Origin: Promethearchaeota archaeon
GTDB taxonomy: Archaea; Asgardarchaeota; Lokiarchaeia; Sigyniarchaeales; SOKP01
NCBI GenBank assembly: GCA_018238625.1
Contig: JABCSY010000108.1
Coordinates: 1-13,301 of the forward strand
Length of the DNA: 13,301 nt
Direction of reading: 5' to 3'
The position numbers were made by a program, and so were the translations under genes. This document shows positions 1 to 7,001 of the stretch, one piece after another. A model generated the notes under the pieces. It was not told the origin of the DNA and made no database searches. It saw only the letters and a list, made by a program, of their open reading frames with translations. Position 1 is the stretch's first letter; every line of letters begins with the position of its first letter.

Positions 1-813
1 ATAAACCCCTCGGATGGAGGGACTATATTTGAATTAGACTATAAACCAAAATCTTACAATCTTTTAAATACATTAACTAGGTGGCCTGAAGCGTATCACG
101 ATGACGACGAAATAGATAAAGACGAGGTAATAGTTGATCGTTACAAGAAAAGCATGCTGCGAACGAGATTTTTTCAAAACGATGTATCGCTTAAACAACT
201 TGAAACAAACCAATACTACGAATTCGGATCGTTTATTGACGGAGAGTTTAAAGTTATCAGAAATGAAAAAGACGGGAAATCCGCTAAATTAGTATTAGAA
301 CACTTTGGAACGGTAAAAGATCCAGAATCAGAGGAGCTTTATCCTTGTACTCTTATTAAGAAAATAGTAGTTGAAGAAAATCAGATTGTTATTACAATAA
401 AAGGTAATTTCCAAAAAATTTCTGGAAAAGAAGAGGTATTAATAAGGATACTAGAAAAATTATATTTAGGCATAGACCTTCCTTTCTTTTTCAATGGCGA
501 TCCCAATAAATTTCAATGGGAAAGCAATCAAGTCATCTTTTTGGAAGGTCAAAAAAATGAATTATTAAAACCATTTGAATACTCTGGTTACCATTTTAAA
601 GCTTGTGATGTATCTTATAATTTGAATGTTGAATATTTATTATCTAGTCAATTAAAATCATATAAAGATTCCATAAAAATATATAAGTTTCCCATAATTG
701 CATACGCGTTCACTGACGAGGGTTATAAAAAGATATACCAAGGGATAAACGTTATACCTCGATTTAAACTTAAGAAGATTTTTGAATATAAAATTATTAT
801 TAACATAAATTAA
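1..813 (+). CDS. GH57-family alpha-amylase/4-alpha-glucanotransferase, C-terminal (DUF1926-type) domain; 5'-partial
   Basis: Frame is open from base 1 (INPSDGGTIFELDYKPKSYNLLNTLTRWPEAYH...), so ATG 154 is internal. GG-x-IFEL...N...LTR-x-EAYH and the terminal EGYKKIYQG...P match remembered motifs of the GH57 C-terminal domain. Confidence 0.8.
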   Translation: MNPSDGGTIFELDYKPKSYNLLNTLTRWPEAYHDDDEIDKDEVIVDRYKKSMLRTRFFQNDVSLKQLETNQYYEFGSFIDGEFKVIRNEKDGKSAKLVLEHFGTVKDPESEELYPCTLIKKIVVEENQIVITIKGNFQKISGKEEVLIRILEKLYLGIDLPFFFNGDPNKFQWESNQVIFLEGQKNELLKPFEYSGYHFKACDVSYNLNVEYLLSSQLKSYKDSIKIYKFPIIAYAFTDEGYKKIYQGINVIPRFKLKKIFEYKIIININ

Positions 814-930
814 GATTTTTCTTTATCTATCCACAGATCTGTATAATAACTTATGAAAATGTAAGCTTTAAATATGTTAATACCCTAATATCAAATATAA
901 TTCCTAATCTTTACTCTGGTTCTGAATTTT

Positions 931-1086
931 ATGGGATATTATAAAAATGGGAAAAAAAATAGTTATACCTATTCAAATGGATCTTTAAAGAAAGAGATTG
1001 ATAATAATGAATTTGTTAAAAATATCCGTAAAAAACTGATGGAAAAGAGATTAAAAAAAGGGTCTTCTTGGGAGTGTTCTCTTTAG
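931..1086 (+). other. Small 51-aa ORF or gene remnant (MGYYKNGKK...EFVKNIRKKLMEKRLKKGSSWECSL)
   Basis: ATG 931 to TAG 1084-1086, translated by hand. Lys-rich. A 13-aa stretch resembles the C-terminal tail of the 1241-1954 protein. Confidence 0.3.
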
Positions 1087-1240
1087 TATTCTTACTTCTA
1101 AAAACTATAAGTAAACAAGGATTAAACTGGAAAAAGTTTAATTTTATCTTTCGCTTTGTAAATTGTTGCTAACATGTTTTTGATAAAGTTTATTAAGATA
1201 CTTAGGTGATTTAGACTTGTATTATAATTTGGTGTTATGA

Positions 1241-1954
1241 GTGAATATAAATTCTATAAAAAGAAGAAATAGGTATTATACGATCAGTTTGATTATCTCC
1301 ATGCTAATGTTAATGATACTCACGCCAATTATGTTTGACTTTAGACGTGTCTTTGGTATAGGCTATTTCGATACAGACGATAATTATTTTAACTCTTATA
1401 GCGATGGTACTGCAGGTATTAATCTGCATCTTAATTTTGAGCGTTTAGTTGATGAACGATATGTTATTAATACTTTCATTGAAACGATCTCAACTGGAGA
1501 TGTTGTTAATTATGGAATTTCATCGATTATAATTTATTATTTCAACGATAATGCCCCTGTAAATGCAGAATCAATCCAATTTGGCACTCCAAGTAGCAAT
1601 TATTCCGTGTATAGATTCTTTCTCAATCTCTTGAAACATAATAATTTTACTTGTTATGGAACGATTGAAATGTCTCTTAAAACGGGAGGGGTTCCTGTAA
1701 ACGATACGATTAGTTTTCAATTGACCTTTATTATTCCTCTTGGTATAGAGGACTATATAAATCTTGATTTATTGATTTATGTATTATTTTTTTTTCACTT
1801 CTTCCTCTATGTTATTATTCCAGTTGTTTTAATTTGGATATTTAAACCTGCTTTTGGATTAACACTCAGTGAGGAAGATCTAAAAAGGGATGAAATATTT
1901 ATGAAATATCTTCGAAACCAAGTTAACGAAAAAAGAAAAGAATCAGAAAATTAA
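1241..1954 (+). CDS. Hypothetical membrane protein (N- and C-terminal TM helices, extracellular loop)
   Basis: 237-aa ORF with GTG start, GGTG at 1231 and a BRE/TATA-like AAAGTTTATTAA near 1185-1196. Two hydrophobic segments, N-x-S/T sequons (NYS, NFT, NDT) in the loop, charged tail. Confidence 0.75.
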   Translation: MNINSIKRRNRYYTISLIISMLMLMILTPIMFDFRRVFGIGYFDTDDNYFNSYSDGTAGINLHLNFERLVDERYVINTFIETISTGDVVNYGISSIIIYYFNDNAPVNAESIQFGTPSSNYSVYRFFLNLLKHNNFTCYGTIEMSLKTGGVPVNDTISFQLTFIIPLGIEDYINLDLLIYVLFFFHFFLYVIIPVVLIWIFKPAFGLTLSEEDLKRDEIFMKYLRNQVNEKRKESEN

Positions 1955-2622
1955 TCAAATCCATATTTACCAATTAATGGAACAAACCTAACTCCAGTAA
2001 TCTTCTCGTAGTTAAAATCTTTTCCTTTTTTAGAAATTACATAGAGATCCTGACCCCATTCTTTAGAACCGGCAGGAATGCAGAGAATCCCTCCATCTTT
2101 TAATTGTTCTTTTAAAGGTGGCGGTACTTTTTTGGGAGATGATGCAGTTACTAAAATTTTATCGTAAGGAGCTTCTTGGGGGTATCCTAAGGTTCCATCT
2201 CCATTTATGACTGTAACAGAATCACCGTAACCCGCATATTTTAATCTAGTTTTAGCGCTATCAGCTAATTCTAAGTGCCGTTCTATTGTATATACGTGTC
2301 CCGGATTTTGTGAATTATTCGGAGCAATGATCTCAGCACACAAAGCGGCGTGATATCCTGAACCCGTTCCAATCTCTAGAACTTTATCTCCCTCTTTTAG
2401 TTTTAGCAATTCACACATCATTGCGTTCATGTGTGGAGCGCTAATAGTTTGAGACATACCTATGGAAAGTGGAGAATCTATATAAGCCGAAGATATAGCA
2501 CCTTCAGCTAAAAATTTATGACGGGGGACTTTTAACATTGCCTTAATTACCTTTGGTTCGGTCAATATATTTCGCTTTTTAAGGCTTTCCACTAAATTTT
2601 TCCTTTTTTCTTCAAATTCCAT
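1951..2622 (-). CDS. pcm: Protein-L-isoaspartate O-methyltransferase
   Basis: VPRHKF, AYIDSPLSIG-QTISAPHM, VLEIGTGSGYHAA (SAM motif I), GDGTLGY..APYDKI and VRFVPL motifs. GGAG RBS at 2633-2630. Confidence 0.96.
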   Translation of the reverse strand: MEFEEKRKNLVESLKKRNILTEPKVIKAMLKVPRHKFLAEGAISSAYIDSPLSIGMSQTISAPHMNAMMCELLKLKEGDKVLEIGTGSGYHAALCAEIIAPNNSQNPGHVYTIERHLELADSAKTRLKYAGYGDSVTVINGDGTLGYPQEAPYDKILVTASSPKKVPPPLKEQLKDGGILCIPAGSKEWGQDLYVISKKGKDFNYEKITGVRFVPLIGKYGFD

Positions 2623-2680
2623 AAAAAATCTCCGCTAAAATATGTTATTTAGTATTGATTCTTAATTTAAAACATTTGAT

Positions 2681-3931
2681 TTATATCCGATAAATGATAT
2701 AAATTTTATCATCTTTCCTAACTCTCTTACTTAAGCGCATGTTTACTTTAAATGGGCTGTCAAATCTTTTTTTATAAATATTTTTAATTTTTTCGCCCTT
2801 AAAGACCATATGCTTAATTTTTTGATGATGATAAGTGTTCTCGCCCGCGATTATAATTTCGTTTCCTAGTTCTAGATTAAATTCTTTGATTTCAATTAAT
2901 ACATTTGCAGTCATACTATTCTCGTTAAACGATAATATCTTTCCAAGATAGTGTTTTTTATATGGGGATACATTTCCTCTGCTTTCTAATTCAACATCTT
3001 CAATTGTTGGTCTGTGAAAATAAAATCCTGTGTGAAACCCGCGATTATAGACTTTAGCTAACCTTTCTAAAAAATCGCGAACCTTTTCTTTTGAGAAAGT
3101 ATTTTCAAAATAGCTGTCTATTGCTTCTCGGTAGCACTTAGTTACCGTTTCTATATATAGTGGATCTTTCATTCTACCTTCAATTTTGAAAACGTTAATA
3201 TTCGCTTCAATTAATTCTGGAATGTATTCAATCATACAGAGGTCTTTTGCGTTCAAGAACATTTGCCCATCGTATATGAATTCGTTATTTGCATCGTCAA
3301 TTACACGCCACTCCCTTCTACACGGCTGAACGCAATTACCTCTGTTTGCCGAAAACTCTTCAGAATCACAAATTGTAGCTGATAGATAGCATCGACCTGA
3401 AATCGAAGTGCACATCGAGCCGTGAACAAAACATTCAATTTGCGCCTTAGTTAAATGATGTTTAATAAGCTTTATTTGTTTAAGAGATAGCTCTCTGGCT
3501 AAAATAATTCTCTCAGCGCCTAAATTTTCGAAAAATTTAGCAGATTCAACGTTAGATACGTTTGCTTGGGTTGAGACGTGAAATCTTAGTTTTTCGCGTT
3601 TAGCAAACTTTATTACAGCTAAATCGTGAGCAATTATAGCGTCTATACCCGCTTTCTTTGCTTCTAATATTAATCTCTCTAAATCTTGCAATTCAGAATC
3701 GTAGATTAAGATGTTTGTCGCTAAATATGCTTTCAAGGGTGGTTTTTGATGGTGACAGAACTTCACTATCTCTTTAAGTTCGCCTCTTTCGAAATTTTTC
3801 GCTTTAGCTCTCATATTATATTTCTTAACGCCAAAATAAACGGCATCAGCTAATCCAGCAATATTTCTTAAGGAAGCCCAATCTTGCGCTGGAGCGAGTA
3901 ATTCTGGTTTTTTTAACGACTTTTTTGCCAT
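2681..3931 (-). CDS. Peptidase U32-family Fe-S protein (TrhP/RlhA-like RNA hydroxylase candidate)
   Basis: KPELLAPA start, ADAVYFG, HVSTQAN, RIILAREL, ECFVHGSMCTSISGRC, NRGNCVQPCRR (four-Cys cluster), KIEGRMK, and a C-terminal beta domain. Confidence 0.92.
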   Translation of the reverse strand: MAKKSLKKPELLAPAQDWASLRNIAGLADAVYFGVKKYNMRAKAKNFERGELKEIVKFCHHQKPPLKAYLATNILIYDSELQDLERLILEAKKAGIDAIIAHDLAVIKFAKREKLRFHVSTQANVSNVESAKFFENLGAERIILARELSLKQIKLIKHHLTKAQIECFVHGSMCTSISGRCYLSATICDSEEFSANRGNCVQPCRREWRVIDDANNEFIYDGQMFLNAKDLCMIEYIPELIEANINVFKIEGRMKDPLYIETVTKCYREAIDSYFENTFSKEKVRDFLERLAKVYNRGFHTGFYFHRPTIEDVELESRGNVSPYKKHYLGKILSFNENSMTANVLIEIKEFNLELGNEIIIAGENTYHHQKIKHMVFKGEKIKNIYKKRFDSPFKVNMRLSKRVRKDDKIYIIYRI

Positions 3932-4242
3932 GATAATTGAAAGTTTATATTGCTCAATTGAAAAATAACAGTCTTCGTATTAAAATAATATCTCCTTTTA
4001 CATAAATTGTTTTTGATATGTTTTTTAATGTCTTTTTTGTTTCACGAATAAGTGGATATAATTATACCTCAAATATATAAATAGATGGTTTTATATTACA
4101 TATAAAAAGACTTAGGGAATTTTTTGTTCTTTTATAACGAACTTAAAAATCTTAGCTTAAATTTTTTAGGAGATACTATTATCTTCTAAAAGATAAAGAA
4201 AAAAAATTATAATTTAGAATCAAAAATAATAAGGGATCAAAG

Positions 4243-6492
4243 TTGAGGAAAACAAAAGTTTTAATCATAATTAGCATGACATTGCTAGTTTTTTTACTGG
4301 GATTGAATTTACGCCTAAATAACGCTAACGCTCAAAGTAACGGAGATTCTTTAACTATTCCAATTAATTTTTCAATGCTTGAGTTTGGTGAAACAAATGG
4401 CACTAATGAAAATGTAAGTTCAATTGATATTGAGATACCCTCCTCTTCTTGGAGTCTTACTGACATTCAATTGAATTTCACTGATATTGATTTAGGGCGA
4501 GAAGTAAAAACAATTGAAGACCAACAATATGGGTATTATAGTGAGATCTTTAAAAAAAATCCTGCATCAAAGAGGTTTGGTCTCGGAATGCAAATTATTC
4601 TCACAGAAGCAACAATAATTCATGGCGTATACATGTATGGTTACAAAACTTCTGAAACTACTGAATTGATTGATGTTCAATTAAGGGGATATGATAATGA
4701 AAATAATAAACCCAATTCTACTATTTATAGGTCAGTTAATTTTAATGTTTCTTCTGATTCAGGATGGTATTTACAGAATTTTTCAAATTCCATCTCTCTC
4801 TCTGCGGGTAATTATTCTTTAGTACTAAATGGCTCTAACATTATAAGTCCCTCTACTCATTATTATTGGGCTTACAATGATATTGATCCTACGAATCCTA
4901 ATTTACATTCTTCTGAATATATTTCGCAATGGCTTGATGGAGTTCAAAATTCTCCTTATTTATATAAATTAATACAAAGAACTGAACAATCATATAATCC
5001 GGAAGATATTAATATGACTATAGACGTCGATGGTAATCTCTATAATATAACTAATGATTTACCTGGAAGCGGAAAAGTGGAAATATCTAATATTAACCTA
5101 CCACTAAATCAAACTAATTTAATTTTACAAGTTTATCATAATCAATCTGTTGAATTAGTGTTTAATGTGAGTTACATCGTTGAATTAGAAAACTACTTAG
5201 CTTCTCCAGGAACACTTCATATATCAGAAACCCATGGTAACCACTGGAGTGTAATTCCTACTATCAACCCCGATTTTTCTAACTATACCGTGAAATTTAA
5301 CTTTCCTCAAAATTGGTTTGATGTTAATGTGTTAAGGAACGATATTAATATCACTGGTTTAGTTGATATTAATTATACTGAAAACGATATCTTCATTCCT
5401 ACTAATCTAATTTCAGAAGGTGATTTATGGGAAATAACCGCTTGTTCGTCAAAAATTGATTTTGGTCTTGATGTCATTAGAACAGAATTTTTAACAGGTC
5501 AAGAATTAAAATTCTTTATTTCAGAGCCCTGGTTGAGTGGAAATTATACTTTTAACTTAAACGACCCATTTCACGATAAAATTTACACGAGTAATAAAAC
5601 TCTATCTTCAGAATCAAATTCGTTTACTTACATTATCCCATCAAGTGCTATAGACGGAGACTATAAAGCCTACATCTATTGGTTCAACGGTACCGACGCG
5701 GGAGTTACAACTCAGATATTTGTAATCACTTTACCTCCTCCTCCAATAAATTGGTCTTTAGTCGTTTCGGTCATAATAGTCGTTGGTTTAACTTCTGCGA
5801 TATCAGCATCGTCTTACGTGCTAATTAAAAAAAACAGGAGAAAGAGCGCTGCTCGGAAAGAAACCGTTTACAATAGATGCATGGATATTTTGAATTTGAA
5901 CTATTTGCTTATTACAGAGAAGAAATCTTCTTTAAATATATACGATCAAATGTTCATAGACAAAAAATTGAATACAACGTTAATTTCAGGGTTTTTAGAA
6001 GCAATAAGGAGCTTCGGTTTAGATATTACTGGTTCTGAAGAACACTCTCAAACTATTAAACTCGAATATAAAAATTCTAAAATTATAATGTCAGATTTTA
6101 AAAACTTTAGAATAATCTTTATAATGAAAGACCTTCCTTCCAATCAATTTTTTGATTCAATAAAGGCTTTATCTTACGAAATAGAAGAAAAATATGGGAC
6201 ATATCTTAAGGAATTTAAAGGAAACTTACAACCATTCAAAAATATGGAAGAATTAATCAAGAAACACTTTGGAACTTCCTTTTTGTACCCACTAAAAGTT
6301 GTAGGAACTGGTAAAACTAAAATTTCTACTACTGAGAAGGCAATGATAGGTAGAGCTATGGTTTCAATGAAAAAAAACAAGTCAAAGTATTGTTATACTA
6401 CTCAACTAATGCAAGAAAAAGGCTTTAATTCAAAAGACGTCGAAACAATATTCTCTTTAATAGATAAGAAAGTTTTTCAACCAATAATTTAA
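4243..6492 (+). CDS. Single-pass membrane glycoprotein with large extracellular beta-rich region and cytoplasmic longin/roadblock-like domain
   Basis: Signal/anchor at aa ~6-25. About 21 hand-counted N-x-S/T sequons before the TM versus 1 after it. PPPP linker, TM at ~5752-5826, KKNRRK stop-transfer. LISGFLEAIRSFG (5980-6018) is a pattern typical of Asgard longin-like domains. Confidence 0.8.
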   Translation: MRKTKVLIIISMTLLVFLLGLNLRLNNANAQSNGDSLTIPINFSMLEFGETNGTNENVSSIDIEIPSSSWSLTDIQLNFTDIDLGREVKTIEDQQYGYYSEIFKKNPASKRFGLGMQIILTEATIIHGVYMYGYKTSETTELIDVQLRGYDNENNKPNSTIYRSVNFNVSSDSGWYLQNFSNSISLSAGNYSLVLNGSNIISPSTHYYWAYNDIDPTNPNLHSSEYISQWLDGVQNSPYLYKLIQRTEQSYNPEDINMTIDVDGNLYNITNDLPGSGKVEISNINLPLNQTNLILQVYHNQSVELVFNVSYIVELENYLASPGTLHISETHGNHWSVIPTINPDFSNYTVKFNFPQNWFDVNVLRNDINITGLVDINYTENDIFIPTNLISEGDLWEITACSSKIDFGLDVIRTEFLTGQELKFFISEPWLSGNYTFNLNDPFHDKIYTSNKTLSSESNSFTYIIPSSAIDGDYKAYIYWFNGTDAGVTTQIFVITLPPPPINWSLVVSVIIVVGLTSAISASSYVLIKKNRRKSAARKETVYNRCMDILNLNYLLITEKKSSLNIYDQMFIDKKLNTTLISGFLEAIRSFGLDITGSEEHSQTIKLEYKNSKIIMSDFKNFRIIFIMKDLPSNQFFDSIKALSYEIEEKYGTYLKEFKGNLQPFKNMEELIKKHFGTSFLYPLKVVGTGKTKISTTEKAMIGRAMVSMKKNKSKYCYTTQLMQEKGFNSKDVETIFSLIDKKVFQPII

Positions 6493-6499
6493 ATCAAAA

Positions 6500-6517
6500 T
6501 TTCTTTTCTTCTTTTTT
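6500..6517 (+). terminator. Archaeal-type oligo-T terminator candidate
   Basis: TTTCTTTTCTTCTTTTTT immediately after the TAA of 4243-6492. Confidence 0.4.
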
Positions 6518-6538
6518 ATAGAAATTAACTAACTTCAT

Positions 6539-6929
6539 CACTATCGCAAAAGAAAACACCGTCCTTTAGGTCGGTGATGAATTTTACATCGTTAAATATT
6601 GAACCCCCCCCTTCCTTTAAATAACATGAACAACAACTATTAATTATGCATTAACCGTGATACGTGATCGAAAAAACTGAGGTTGATTTGGTGTCCTCGT
6701 AAATAAAAAGCACGCCTATTCGAAATTAATATCGAAGTATTACGACTTGCTACTGCGAAGTGATTTGCGGGATGGATAAAAAGAATGGAAGGAAATGAAT
6801 ATATAGAGAAAAAGGAGTCCCTGAGTCCACGTGGATAGGGGATAGAGGGAGCTTGAACCCCCCATTAGTGTTATAAGTTTAAAAGCTTTTAACCTACGAA
6901 TCTCACTTCTTTAGGGGTGAGTAGTTCAA
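6539..6929 (+). mobile_element. Non-autonomous, internally deleted IS200/IS605-family (tnpB/IS1341-type) element
   Basis: Left hairpin CACCGTCC-TTTA-GGTCGGTG (6557-6576). Right end is GAAT (6898-6901) + CTCACTTC-TTTA-GGGGTGAG (6902-6921) + TAGTTCAA ending 6929, the GAAT/TCAA guide-cleavage pair known from IS608. Left flank TTCAT (6534-6538) fits guide GAAA (6552-6555). No TSD or terminal IR, as expected for this family. Confidence 0.8.
6784..6876 (+). pseudogene. tnpB: Decayed 3' end of tnpB
   Basis: Reads NG(RK*IYRE)KGVPESTWIGDRGSLNPPLVL*, with MNI*RK in an adjacent frame. Resembles the TnpB terminal NGAxNIxRK..P....GDRG....P pattern, directly upstream of the right end. Confidence 0.6.
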
Positions 6930-6950
6930 ATTTCTAAACATCGAAATCTA
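6790..6950 (+). ncRNA. Putative TnpB omegaRNA (reRNA) scaffold plus 3' guide; boundaries approximate
   Basis: Stacked stems: TCCCT..TCCACGTGGA..AGGGG (6818-6841), GGGAG-CTTGAA-CCCCC (6847-6862), TTAAAAGCTTTTAA (6879-6892) and the right-end hairpin. TTGAAC (6853-6858) is complementary to terminal GTTCAA (6924-6929). Confidence 0.55.
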
Positions 6951-6957
6951 AATTATA

Positions 6958-6976
6958 GTTAAAACTTAATTTTAAC
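6958..6976. promoter_or_regulatory. Inverted repeat GTTAAAA-N5-TTTTAAC, possible operator of the sulfatase gene
   Basis: 7-5-7 inverted repeat between a TATA-like element (~6949-6957) and ATG 7002. Confidence 0.3.
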
Positions 6977-7001
6977 CGAAAAATTCTTCTGTCTGATTAT
7001 T

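Noticed and set aside
1072-1086. Cys near the small ORF C-terminus as a CaaX prenylation signal
   Set aside because: Cys is third from the end (CSL*), which does not fit CaaX.
1951-1954. Convergent genes sharing a TTAA double stop
   Set aside because: Real, but common in compact AT-rich genomes.
3953-4056. Start-less minus frame (...ISKTIYVKGDIILIRRLLFFN*) faintly like the U32 C-terminus
   Set aside because: Needs a gap and has few identities; indistinguishable from chance by eye.
6174-6380. Minus-strand 68-aa ORF
   Set aside because: Antisense shadow wholly inside the 749-aa gene; no motif.
6838-6863. tRNA T-arm-like GGGGGTTCAAGCTCCC on the minus strand
   Set aside because: No matching acceptor 5' strand, D arm or anticodon arm; better explained as an omegaRNA stem/pseudoknot on the plus strand.
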